Source: Rhodoferax sp. UBA6134
GTDB taxonomy: Bacteria > Pseudomonadota > Gammaproteobacteria > Burkholderiales > Burkholderiaceae_C
NCBI GenBank assembly: GCA_002422455.1
Contig: DIVK01000060.1
Location: forward strand, 13,428 to 77,427
DNA: 64,000 nucleotides
Reading direction: 5' to 3'
Positions 8,727 to 19,360 of the stretch are shown piece after piece; position 1 is the first letter of the stretch, and each line of letters begins with the position of its first letter. The notes beneath the pieces are model-generated. The model had not been told where the DNA came from, made no database searches, and was given only the letters and a program-made list of their open reading frames with translations. Position numbers and translations under genes: made by a program.

Positions 8727-9914
8727 TCAGGACACGCGTTCGAAAATGGCGGCGATGCCCTGGCCGCCGCCGATGCACATGGTGACCAGTGCGTAGCGGC
8801 CGTTGATACGTTCCAGTTCGTACAGCGCCTTGACGGTGATCAGCGCGCCGGTGGCGCCAATCGGGTGCCCCAGCGAAATGCCCGAACCGTTGGGGTTGAC
8901 CTTGGCCGGGTCCAGGCCCAGGTCGCGTGTGACGGCACAGGCCTGCGCGGCAAAGGCTTCGTTGGCTTCGATCACGTCGAGGTCGTTCACGCTCAGACCG
9001 GCTTTTTTCAGGGCCAGTTGCGTGGCCGGTACCGGGCCGATGCCCATGTATTTGGGGTCCACGCCGGCGTGCGCGTAAGCCACCAGGCGCGCCATGGGCT
9101 TGAGGCCGCGCGCCTTGGCGGTGCCGGCTTCCATCAGCACGACGGCAGCGGCGGCATCATTGATGCCCGAGGCGTTGCCGGCCGTGACGGTGCCGTTTTC
9201 TTTCAAAAACGCGGGTTTGAGCTTGGCCATGTCCGCCAATGAGCAATTGGGGCGGAAATGTTCGTCGGTGGCGTAGGCCACGTCACCCTTTTTGCTTTTG
9301 AGCATGACGGGAACGATCTGAGCCTTGAAGTAGCCGGCCTCGGTCGCGCGTTGTGCCCGGTTGTGGCTTTCGACCGCCAGTGCGTCCTGCTCTTCACGGC
9401 TGATGCCCCACTTGGCCGCGATGTTTTCGGCGGTAACGCCCATGTGGATGGTGTGGAAGGGGTCGTGCAGCGCGCCGATCATCATGTCCACCATCTTGGT
9501 GTCGCCCATGCGGGCGCCCCAGCGCATGTTCAGGCTGGCAAAGGGCGCGCGGCTCATGTTTTCGGCGCCGCCACCGATGGCGATGTCGGCGTCGCCCAGC
9601 AGAATGCTCTGGCTGGCCGATACGATGGCCTGCAGGCCCGAGCCGCACAGACGGTTGACGTTGAACGCGGGCGTGCCCTCGGCGCAGCCGCCGTTGATGG
9701 CTGCTACGCGGGAGAGGTACATGTCTTTGGGCTCGGTGTTGACGACGTGGCCAAACACCACGTGGCCGACGTCAGCCCCGGCCACGTTGACCCGCGCCAG
9801 CGACTCGCGCACCACTTGCGCGGCCAGCTCGGTCGGCGCAATGTCCTTGAGACTGCCGCCAAACGTACCAATGGCGGTGCGCACACCGCTGACTACAACA
9901 ACTTCACGGCTCAT
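8727..9914 (-). CDS. bktB: Acetyl-CoA C-acyltransferase (beta-ketothiolase, BktB-like)
   Basis: NRLCGSG, NEAFA, GHPIGATG, CIGGGQG thiolase motifs. Confidence 0.9.
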   Translation of the reverse strand: MSREVVVVSGVRTAIGTFGGSLKDIAPTELAAQVVRESLARVNVAGADVGHVVFGHVVNTEPKDMYLSRVAAINGGCAEGTPAFNVNRLCGSGLQAIVSASQSILLGDADIAIGGGAENMSRAPFASLNMRWGARMGDTKMVDMMIGALHDPFHTIHMGVTAENIAAKWGISREEQDALAVESHNRAQRATEAGYFKAQIVPVMLKSKKGDVAYATDEHFRPNCSLADMAKLKPAFLKENGTVTAGNASGINDAAAAVVLMEAGTAKARGLKPMARLVAYAHAGVDPKYMGIGPVPATQLALKKAGLSVNDLDVIEANEAFAAQACAVTRDLGLDPAKVNPNGSGISLGHPIGATGALITVKALYELERINGRYALVTMCIGGGQGIAAIFERVS

Positions 9915-10056
9915 GGGGGGTTCCTAAATTGAAAAGCTGGAAAAAGGTCGCAGTGCGCGACCCGAGGGGTGGCAATCTTAGATGATTTCACCTCAGTGCA
10001 GGCGACAGCATGCCGGCTCGGGCCGGCCGGTCATCGATGGGCGAACCATCAGGCGC

Positions 10057-10812
10057 TCAGTCGCGGACGTCGCCGATCGGGTCACGGCCAAAGTCGGGCC
10101 GCGCCAGGTAGGCCAGCACACGGCTTGCCGCCGCGGCGGGTGACGTGAGCTGGCCGCTGGCCTTGAGCTCAAAAAAATGGCCTTGGTCCGGGAAGTCTGA
10201 CGCGTCAGCGCCGCGCAACTGCTGCTGCATGTCGGTGTCGATCACGCCGGGCGCCAGTGAGCAGACTTTGGCGCCATGGACTTTGCGGGCCTCGTCCAGC
10301 GCCAGGCAGCGTGTGAAGTGGTCCATGCCGGCCTTGGCGGCGCAATAGCCCGCCTGGGAGGCCATGGCCCGCCGGCCCAGCCCGGAGGAGATGTTGAGGA
10401 CCTTGCGCGGCAGCTTCCACGTTTGCGTCGCCCGCAAAAATGCGGCAGTGAGCAGCATGGGTGCCTCCAGGCCCACCCGCAGCGCCCGCGCCAGGTCCGC
10501 CGGATCGGCGTCGCTCAGGGGCGCAAGGCGCGGCATGACGCCCGCGTTGTTGATCAATGTGGCGCCGTCAAACGAGCCGGCCGGGCGGCTGCCCAGCCAC
10601 CGCGCCAGCCTGGCCGCCGCCGCCACGCCGTCTTCCAGGTCCAGCGCCCATTGCTCAAGGCTGGCGCCCAGTGGGGCGGCACGGGCTGCCAGCGTTTCGT
10701 TGGTGTGGCGGGAGATGCACAGGACAAAGTGCCGGGCAGACAGCAGTTGTTCGGCCATGGCCAGTCCCATGCCGCGTGATGCGCCGGTGAGCAGGTAGAG
10801 ATGTCGGGTCAT
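10057..10812 (-). CDS. Short-chain dehydrogenase/reductase (sepiapterin/benzil reductase-like)
   Basis: TGASRGMG, NNAG, YCAAK, PGVIDTDMQ. Confidence 0.88.
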   Translation of the reverse strand: MTRHLYLLTGASRGMGLAMAEQLLSARHFVLCISRHTNETLAARAAPLGASLEQWALDLEDGVAAAARLARWLGSRPAGSFDGATLINNAGVMPRLAPLSDADPADLARALRVGLEAPMLLTAAFLRATQTWKLPRKVLNISSGLGRRAMASQAGYCAAKAGMDHFTRCLALDEARKVHGAKVCSLAPGVIDTDMQQQLRGADASDFPDQGHFFELKASGQLTSPAAAASRVLAYLARPDFGRDPIGDVRD

Positions 10813-10849
10813 GCCGTATGGTACTCAAACGTCTGCTGCCGCCGGGCGC

Positions 10850-12232
<1,383 letters not shown>

Positions 12233-12337
12233 GGGATCCCCCTCTTTCGCAACACTGCTGATCCGGTGAATTATGAACAAATGCAGGCGGCCGCGGGGGC
12301 CGGGTAGGCGCGGCAGAATGCCCGGGCGTTGCCCGGT

Positions 12338-12985
12338 TCAAAACGGCGCCGTGCTGACAAAGCGCATGGGCTGGGCGCTTACCGGGTGCCACAGCTCCAG
12401 CGAGTGGGCGTGCAGCTGCAGGCGAGCGGCCTTGGCCTGTACGCGCGGACTGCCGTACAGGGTGTCGCCCGCAATGGCGTGCCCCAGGGCCAGCAGATGC
12501 ACGCGCAACTGGTGCGAGCGCCCGGTCACAGGCTCCAGTTCGAGCCGGGTGGTCTCGTTCGCTGCGTTGTGCGACAGCACGCGCCAGCGTGTCACGCTGG
12601 GCTTGCCGCGTTGCTGGTCAATGACGCGGCGGGGCCGGTGGGGCCAGTCCACGATGATCGGCAGGTCGATGACGCCCCAGGGCTCGGGCGGCGGCGCCAG
12701 GTGTCCGTCCACGATTGCGACGTAGCGCTTGTTGACGTTGCGACTGGCGAAGGCGTCATTCAGGGCGCGTTGTGCGACGCCGCCGCGCGCCAGCACCATC
12801 ACGCCCGAGGTCGCCATGTCAAGGCGGTGTACGATCAGGGCATCCGGGAACTGGCACTGCGCCCGTGTGCTCAGACAGTCCTGTTTGTCTGCTCCGCGCC
12901 CCGGCACCGACAGCAGGCCGGCGGGCTTGTCCAGCACCAGCATGGCCGCGTCGGCGTACAGCACCGGCAGCTCAGCCGGAGGCAT
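12338..12985 (-). CDS. rluA: RluA-family pseudouridine synthase
   Basis: KPAGLLSVPG, HRLDMATSG, TGRSHQLRVH. Confidence 0.9.
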   Translation of the reverse strand: MPPAELPVLYADAAMLVLDKPAGLLSVPGRGADKQDCLSTRAQCQFPDALIVHRLDMATSGVMVLARGGVAQRALNDAFASRNVNKRYVAIVDGHLAPPPEPWGVIDLPIIVDWPHRPRRVIDQQRGKPSVTRWRVLSHNAANETTRLELEPVTGRSHQLRVHLLALGHAIAGDTLYGSPRVQAKAARLQLHAHSLELWHPVSAQPMRFVSTAPF

Positions 12986-15143
12986 CGCCGGATTGCAGCA
13001 GTTGCTGCAGGGTCTCGCACATCTCGTCGACGTCGTTGGGCTTGTGGATCAGGGCACGCGCACCCTCACGGAGTGCCTCCTGCTCAATCTCGGGCGTGAC
13101 ATAGCCGGACGCCAGCGCCACCGGCAGCTCGGGGCGGATCAAACGGGCCGCGCGCAACAGGTCAATGCCGCAGTAGCCCGGCATGTTGTAGTCGCTCACC
13201 AGCAGGTCAAAGGCCAGCGGTCGCTCGCGCAATGCCGCAGCCGCCAGCCGTGGGTCGGTGAAGGTGCTGACGACAAAGCCCTTGCGCGTCAGCGCGCGTT
13301 CGACCAGAAACACCAGCGCCTCATCGTCGTCCACATACATGACGTGCTGGCCCATGCCCCGCACTGCCTTGGGCGGCGGCGTTTCGGTCACGGCGGGCAG
13401 GGTCGCCTCGGTGTCGGCCGGAAAATACAGTGTGAATACGGTTCCGGCGCCGGGTGTGCTCTGCACGTCCACCGTGCCCAGGTGGGTGCGCATGATGCCG
13501 TGAACGACGGCCAGGCCCAGGCCCGTTCCCTGGCCCACCGGTTTGGTGGTGAAGAACGGCTCGAACACGCGCTGCAGCGTATCCGTATCAATGCCGTTGC
13601 CGGTGTCGCGCACCGCCAGGCTGACGTGCTTGCCACGCACCCCGCTGCGGCGCTCGACCTGCTCCGCGTCCGGTTGCAGGTTGTGCCCCAGCTCAATGTT
13701 GACCGTGCCGCGCTGCGCGCCAATGGCCTGAATGGCATTGGTGCACAGGTTGAGCAGGGCTTGTTCCACCTGGGTGGCGTCGGCCAGGACGGGCGGGGTG
13801 GCCGGATCGATGTTCACCTGCATTTCCACCGTGGGCGGCAGGGTGACCTTGAGCAGGCGCACGGTTTCCTGCAGCACGTCGGCCAGTTGAATCGGCACCC
13901 GTTTGGGCGATTCATTGCGGCTGAAGGCCAGGATTTGCCGCACCAGGTCGCGCGCCCGCCGTGCCGCCTTGTCAATCTCGTTCAGGCTGACCACTGCGGG
14001 CGACGCCGCGCCCGCATCCTGCCGGGCCAGATCGACATTGCCCAGAATGGCGCTGATGATGTTGTTGAAATCGTGCGCAATGCCGCCGGCCATGGTGCCC
14101 ACTGCCTGCATCTTGTGGGACTCCCGCAACTGGGACTCCAGCGCGTTGCGGTGTGCCTCGATTTTTTTGCGGGCGGTGAGGTCGCGCGCGAAAATGGTGG
14201 TGGTGTCGCCGTCAGGGTGACGCTCAAAAGAGACGCTGACTTCAATGGCCACGCTGCTTCCGCCCGCCGTGAGCCCCGTCATCTCCCCCAGTTGCGCGTG
14301 CGTGGTGAGCTGGGTGTACGACAAGGTCTCAACCGCATCGGGCAGGAAGCGGGCCAGCGGACTGCCGAGGGCCTCGGCCGGCGGACACTGGAAGAGGGCT
14401 GCCGCCGTGGGGTTGAAGATGCTGATGCGCTGGTCCTTGTCGACGCAAATGATGGCGTCGAGCGAGGAGTTGATGATGGACGCAAGCCGGTTTTTGCTCA
14501 GTTGCAGTTCTTCATTTCGTTCCTGCAGCGCGCGCGCGCTGGCCTGCAAGGCGCGCCGCTCGGCCAGCAAGGGGCTCTGGTCGATGATGGCGCAGATGAA
14601 GTGCGCCAGTTCGTCTTGCGTGTTCTCGATGCGCGCGATGTGCAGGTCGCCGGTGAAAACTCCGCCGGAACCGCACGAGAACACCACTTCGGTGGTCTCG
14701 CTGGTGCCGCTCGCATGGGCATTTGTGAACGCATGGGCGACTTTGTCGACGTGCTCGGCGCTGACCAGCGGCAATAAAAAATTCAGCGGCGGATCGTGTT
14801 CCAGCGGCCGGAAAAGACGCAGTGCCATGGCGTTGCTCTCCAGCACCAGGCCGTTTTCATCCACCACCATCAAGGCCAGCGGCACGTTGGAAAACAGGGT
14901 CAGAAATCGCTCGGACGCGCCTTCGGCGGCGGTTTGGCTGTAGCGTAGCGCCTTGTTCTGTATTTCCAGTTCGGCCTGGTAGTTGCGCAGGTCTTCGACC
15001 ATCTGCTGCAGCGAAAAGCCTGCGGCCAGAATACCCTGCGGGCTGGAATTTCCGCGCCGGGCGGGAGGCCGTTTGGGGGGGGGGGCTTCCTGCGCTTGAA
15101 CAGGCTTCTCATTGGGGTCATCGTTTCCCGTATTGAACTGCAA
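12972..15143 (-). CDS. PAS-PAS hybrid sensor histidine kinase/response regulator (start uncertain)
   Basis: Two PAS domains, AGGIAHDFNN H-box, FEPFFTTK...GTGLGL, C-terminal REC. Confidence 0.9.
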   Translation of the reverse strand: MQFNTGNDDPNEKPVQAQEAPPPKRPPARRGNSSPQGILAAGFSLQQMVEDLRNYQAELEIQNKALRYSQTAAEGASERFLTLFSNVPLALMVVDENGLVLESNAMALRLFRPLEHDPPLNFLLPLVSAEHVDKVAHAFTNAHASGTSETTEVVFSCGSGGVFTGDLHIARIENTQDELAHFICAIIDQSPLLAERRALQASARALQERNEELQLSKNRLASIINSSLDAIICVDKDQRISIFNPTAAALFQCPPAEALGSPLARFLPDAVETLSYTQLTTHAQLGEMTGLTAGGSSVAIEVSVSFERHPDGDTTTIFARDLTARKKIEAHRNALESQLRESHKMQAVGTMAGGIAHDFNNIISAILGNVDLARQDAGAASPAVVSLNEIDKAARRARDLVRQILAFSRNESPKRVPIQLADVLQETVRLLKVTLPPTVEMQVNIDPATPPVLADATQVEQALLNLCTNAIQAIGAQRGTVNIELGHNLQPDAEQVERRSGVRGKHVSLAVRDTGNGIDTDTLQRVFEPFFTTKPVGQGTGLGLAVVHGIMRTHLGTVDVQSTPGAGTVFTLYFPADTEATLPAVTETPPPKAVRGMGQHVMYVDDDEALVFLVERALTRKGFVVSTFTDPRLAAAALRERPLAFDLLVSDYNMPGYCGIDLLRAARLIRPELPVALASGYVTPEIEQEALREGARALIHKPNDVDEMCETLQQLLQSGDASG

Positions 15144-15176
15144 GCCGCGCGGCTACCGGTTAGATAACGCTCACGC

Positions 15177-15326
15177 TCATCGGGTGGGGGCGTTTTTCAG
15201 TTTGCCGCGCACAGGTACCACGGTGGTGACAGTGGGGCGCACGGCATCCGGCGACACCGGTTTGGGCGGTGCGGTGTCTTTTTTCGGCTTTTTCACCATT
15301 TTTTGGCTTTGCTGACCTTTTGCCAT
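15177..15326 (-). CDS. Small basic 49-aa hypothetical protein (MAKGQQSQKMVKKPKK...)
   Basis: ATG at 15326 with AGGAG RBS; forms the last 49 aa of the spurious 692-aa ORF. Confidence 0.7.
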   Translation of the reverse strand: MAKGQQSQKMVKKPKKDTAPPKPVSPDAVRPTVTTVVPVRGKLKNAPTR

Positions 15327-15638
15327 TTCACACTCCTGACAGTTACAGACCCAGCCATTTGAATGCTGGTTGGAAGGTTTGATTATCTGCCTGCGGGTGC
15401 CGGTTTGGGAGCGGCCGTGCGAAAAACGGGGTGTTTTCGCAATCAACCGGCTCACGGCCATGCCCCCGTGAACGTCGGCACGGTTTGGCGCGTGACTCGA
15501 AATGCACTGCCGCCTTGGGTCGTTGTTGGGCAGTCTTGTGGGACGAGTTGGACAAACCATGGAGCAGTGAGCATGCCGATTGCGGTGACAATCCGGTTCC
15601 GTTTTTACTTTTTGTTTGGCAAGTTCCAATTCTTTTTC

Positions 15639-16166
15639 ATGTCCGATACGTCCAATATTGAGGTCCGGCCCGCTACGTTGCGCGATGCCAAGGCCATTGC
15701 CGAAATTCATGTCAGTGCCCGCCAGGCGGCGTTCAAGGCCGTGGTGCCTGGTGAAAAACTGCCGCCCCTGTCGCTGGAGAAGAGCCAGGCTTATTGGCGC
15801 GAAGCCATTGAGTTCGCCGAGCCGCAGGTGTATGTGGCGCTTGATGAGGGCAGGGTGGTCGGCTTTGTCGGCTTTGACCGCTCGCGCGACAAGGGCACGC
15901 CGTCCACCACGGGCGAAATCTGGGCGATTTATGTCGCTACCACGCACTGGGGGCAGGGTGTTGGCCTGGCGCTGTGGGACGCGGCCCGCGAGGGTTTGCT
16001 GGAAGAGGGATGCACCAAGGTGACGGTCTGGTTGCCGTTGGGGGACGAGCGCGCCTTGCGCTTTCATGACCTGGCCGGTTTCAAGCGCGAGATGACCAGC
16101 ATCAAAACCGTGCCCATGGGGACGGTGCGGGTGGAGGAAATCCGGATGAAACGGGACCTGAGCTGA
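15639..16166 (+). CDS. GNAT-family N-acetyltransferase
   Basis: VRPATLRDAKAIAEIH, GEIWAIYV...WGQGVG, RALRFH...GF; start set at MSDTSN. Confidence 0.88.
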   Translation: MSDTSNIEVRPATLRDAKAIAEIHVSARQAAFKAVVPGEKLPPLSLEKSQAYWREAIEFAEPQVYVALDEGRVVGFVGFDRSRDKGTPSTTGEIWAIYVATTHWGQGVGLALWDAAREGLLEEGCTKVTVWLPLGDERALRFHDLAGFKREMTSIKTVPMGTVRVEEIRMKRDLS

Positions 16167-16169
16167 CCG

Positions 16170-17102
16170 ATGGCCAGCAGCCTGCTTGCGCTGATTGACG
16201 ACATTGCCACGGTGCTGGACGACGTGGCCGTGCTGACCCAGGTCGCAGCCAAAAAAACGGCGGGGGTGCTGGGCGATGACCTGGCGCTGAACGCCCAGCA
16301 GGTGGCCGGGGTCAGGGCGGAGCGGGAACTGCCGGTGGTTTGGGCGGTGTGCAAGGGATCCTTCCTCAACAAAACGATTCTGGTGCCGGCGGCACTGACC
16401 ATCAGCACGCTGGCGTCCTGGGCCGTCACCCCGCTGCTGATGCTGGGCGGCGTCTTTCTCTGCTTTGAGGGATTTGAAAAATTGGCGCACAGGTTTTTGC
16501 ACAGCGGGGCCGACGACGCGGCACACCATGCCGAGCTGGTGCGCGCGCTGGCAGACCCGGCGGTGGACCTGGTGGCGCTGGAGCGGGAAAAAATCAGAGG
16601 GGCGGTCCGCACCGATTTTATTTTGTCGGCCGAGATCATTGCCATCACATTGGGAACGGTGCAGGCCAGCCCGTTGCTCACGCAGGTGACGGTGTTGGGC
16701 GGCATCGCGGTCTTGATGACGGTGGGCGTCTACGGTTTGGTGGCATGCATTGTCAAGCTCGATGACGCCGGCCTTTACTTCAGCCAGCAAGCCGGCGACG
16801 GCGTGGCGGTGCGGCTGCAACGCAGTGCCGGGCGGGGCATTCTCAAGGCGGCGCCGTACCTCATGAAGGGGCTGTCGGTTGCCGGTACGGCGGCCATGTT
16901 TTTGGTCGGGGGCGGCATTTTGACGCACGGCATGCCAACACTTCATCGCTGGATCGAACACCTGAGCCAGGGCGCGGGCGTGACCTTGCAGGCACCCGTG
17001 GCGCTGGCGCTGGATGCCGGCGCAGGCATTGTGACGGGCGCTCTGGTGTTGGCTTTCGTCGGTCTGGTCAAGCGCTTCACTAGGGTTTTCCCTGAGTATT
17101 GA
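16170..17102 (+). CDS. DUF808 (YedI-like) inner membrane protein
   Basis: SSLLALIDDIA...KKTAGVLGDDLALNAQQV...RTDFILSAEI. Confidence 0.88.
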   Translation: MASSLLALIDDIATVLDDVAVLTQVAAKKTAGVLGDDLALNAQQVAGVRAERELPVVWAVCKGSFLNKTILVPAALTISTLASWAVTPLLMLGGVFLCFEGFEKLAHRFLHSGADDAAHHAELVRALADPAVDLVALEREKIRGAVRTDFILSAEIIAITLGTVQASPLLTQVTVLGGIAVLMTVGVYGLVACIVKLDDAGLYFSQQAGDGVAVRLQRSAGRGILKAAPYLMKGLSVAGTAAMFLVGGGILTHGMPTLHRWIEHLSQGAGVTLQAPVALALDAGAGIVTGALVLAFVGLVKRFTRVFPEY

Positions 17103-17220
17103 CGCGGCCCAACCCTTTGGGTGTGAGCGTTTGAAGCTATTCAAAACATAGCAAGCTGGGTACACTGAAAAACGTTGCCTGGTACGTCGGGTACGCCCCG
17201 GGCCGCTTACTGGAGGATGC

Positions 17221-18366
17221 TTGATTGTGAAAATGTTGAGACTGCCGCGTGCCAAGGTACAGATCGGTACTCTCCTGCCATGGAGCGTGCGTGACGCGCA
17301 AGGTCAGTTGCTGCTGTCGAAGGGGCATGTTGTCGAGAGTGAGCATCAGCTCGAGCAGTTGCTCGAGCGCGGGGCCTTTGTGGACGCGGAGGAGGTCAGG
17401 GCCGCGGCAGGGGTGGCCGAGCCGAAGCGGCCCAAGGCCACGCTGGTGGCACCGCCCAACCTGTTTGACCTGTGGGATCAGACTACGGATGCTTTGCACA
17501 AGTTGCTGACCGACGTGGTTCAGGAGCCTGATTTTGCCGGGCGCATGGAGCAGTTTGCGCGGCACGTCGTGGAGCTGGTCGATCTCAATCCTGACATTGC
17601 CATCTACCGCTGTGTTCGCCAGGAACATGCCAAGAATTTCTACTACGGGTACGCCCATTCGGTGCATACCGCTACGCTGTGCATTTTGATGGCCCGGCAT
17701 CTGAAATGGCCGGCGCACCGCATGATGAGTCTGGTCAAGGCGGCACTCAGCATGAATATGACGATTCTGGACTTGCAGGGGCAGATGGCGGGGCAGGACG
17801 TGCCCATGAAAGACAAGCAGCGGGCGGCCATTCACGAACATCCAGTGCAGGTTGTTGCGCTGCTTGAGCAAGCCGGTATTGCCGATGCCGACTGGCTGGC
17901 GGCCGTGCGGCAACATCATGAGCGGCCGGACGGAAGCGGTTATCCACTCGGGTGCGAAGACGTCTGCGAGATGGCGGTGGCGCTGCGGGTGGCCGACGTG
18001 TTGATGGCCAAAATCAGCCCGCGTGTCCTGCGCACGGCGCTCTCGCCGCAGGAGGCGGTGCGCCAGCTCTATCGGGAGGATAAGGGCGGCCCGCTGTCGA
18101 CGGCCATCATCAAGGAGTTTGGCATTTACCCGCCCGGTGATTTTGTCAGGCTCGCCTCGGGTGAATTGGGCATCGTGGTGCAACGGACGGACAACGCGCG
18201 GGCGCCGGTCGTGGCCTCCATCACGGACACGGCCGGTCACCCCGTGGTGCGCACGCTGCGCCATGACACCAAGGAGCCCGGCTTTGCGATTGTGGGCAAC
18301 GTGGTTGACAAGTCGATGCTCACGCGTTTGCCGCCGGAGCGTTTGTATGGTTTTTCCGTGGCGTGA
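17221..18366 (+). CDS. HD-GYP-like protein with degenerate HD dyad
   Basis: HHERPDGSGYP present, but AALSMN where AALLHD is expected; GIYPPG C-terminal region. Confidence 0.82.
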   Translation: MIVKMLRLPRAKVQIGTLLPWSVRDAQGQLLLSKGHVVESEHQLEQLLERGAFVDAEEVRAAAGVAEPKRPKATLVAPPNLFDLWDQTTDALHKLLTDVVQEPDFAGRMEQFARHVVELVDLNPDIAIYRCVRQEHAKNFYYGYAHSVHTATLCILMARHLKWPAHRMMSLVKAALSMNMTILDLQGQMAGQDVPMKDKQRAAIHEHPVQVVALLEQAGIADADWLAAVRQHHERPDGSGYPLGCEDVCEMAVALRVADVLMAKISPRVLRTALSPQEAVRQLYREDKGGPLSTAIIKEFGIYPPGDFVRLASGELGIVVQRTDNARAPVVASITDTAGHPVVRTLRHDTKEPGFAIVGNVVDKSMLTRLPPERLYGFSVA

Positions 18367-18378
18367 TGGCGCCGGGTC

Positions 18379-18771
18379 TCAGGTTTGGGACCGCATGCGG
18401 TCCTTTGCCACGAAATACTTGCGCGCGTAGGCTACCAGTTGCGCATCGCTCGGATGGTCCACGGTTTCCACGCCGATCACCTTGCTTGCCATGCCGTGGT
18501 CATGGGCATGAATATGCTTGATCAGTTGCAGCTTGGCATGGGCCGGGCCAACCACCAGAATTTCCTGTGCATCCTTCAGGGCCTCGACGATGCCGTGATA
18601 GTAGGCCGGGTCTTCGGCCTGGCGTCCGGCGCCCACGACGCCGCCCTTGGCGTGTAAACGGGTGTGGGGTTTGGCGGGGTGAATCACGGATTTCTCCACG
18701 TCGTCCGGGCTGACGTGCATCACGTGGGCCTCGGAGTGGTCGAGCCAGACGACGGCATGGTAATGAGACAT
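18379..18771 (-). CDS. Small eRF1-domain-2-like 'translational machinery' protein
   Basis: HAVVWLDHSEA...EILVVGPAHAK...GVETVDHPSDAQLVAYARKYF; AAGGAAG RBS. Confidence 0.7.
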   Translation of the reverse strand: MSHYHAVVWLDHSEAHVMHVSPDDVEKSVIHPAKPHTRLHAKGGVVGAGRQAEDPAYYHGIVEALKDAQEILVVGPAHAKLQLIKHIHAHDHGMASKVIGVETVDHPSDAQLVAYARKYFVAKDRMRSQT

Positions 18772-18827
18772 GTTCTTCCTTTTCAGTTTGATGGGGCTTC
18801 AGCTTAGGCGGTTGCGGGCAGGGTGTA

Positions 18828-18841
18828 TTGAGCAGGGTCAA
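18828..18841 (-). promoter_or_regulatory. FNR/CRP-like box upstream of 18379..18771
   Basis: Minus strand TTGAC-CCTG-CTCAA, about 57 bp upstream of the start. Confidence 0.4.
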
Positions 18842-19003
18842 GACTGTTCGATTTCTGCCTGTCTCGGCATTCTCTCATTCCCTCCGTTCTTCAGGGCCAT
18901 TCGGTTCGCGTTCCTGGAGAGACTGTCTGGAATGCACGATCGATGACAGTGTCGCGTACGGGCGCGATGCGTTGCGCCGTGCGTTCAGATAGAATGCGCC
19001 GCC

Positions 19004-19360
19004 ATGTCCAGTCGGCTTCGCGCGATCCTTTTGTTGCTGCCCATTTTATGGCAGCTGTTGCCTGTGCTCAGTCCCCTGAGCGTGGTAGAGCGGGCCGTCG
19101 AACTGGAACACGCAGCGCTCCATTGGCAGGACACTGATCATCATCACCATGATGGTGATCAGTCATTTCACGTGGATGACACTGGTGGAGCTTCCATGCA
19201 TTTTCATGCGGATGGTGAGTTCAACACCGCGGGCCCGCTGACCACGGGCTGGTCTCGCGTGGCAGCAGGCCAGCCGCCATCTCCGGACATGGACGAGGAA
19301 TCCTTTTTTCCATCGGCTCATCTTGAAGGCCCCCTGCGGCCCCCCAGACGCACCGCCTGA
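19004..19360 (+). CDS. His-rich leader protein with N-terminal hydrophobic segment and C-terminal RPPR (CzcI/DUF2946-like)
   Basis: RAILLLLPILWQLL; HAALHWQDTDHHHHD...HVDD...HFH; ends LEGPLRPPRRTA. Confidence 0.78.
   Translation: MSSRLRAILLLLPILWQLLPVLSPLSVVERAVELEHAALHWQDTDHHHHDGDQSFHVDDTGGASMHFHADGEFNTAGPLTTGWSRVAAGQPPSPDMDEESFFPSAHLEGPLRPPRRTA

Noticed and set aside
12729-14777. 682-aa plus-strand ORF
   Set aside because: Antisense shadow of the hybrid kinase
15327-17255. Upstream part of the 692-aa minus-strand ORF
   Set aside because: Antisense to the GNAT and DUF808 genes; only the last 49 codons have an RBS and look like a real gene
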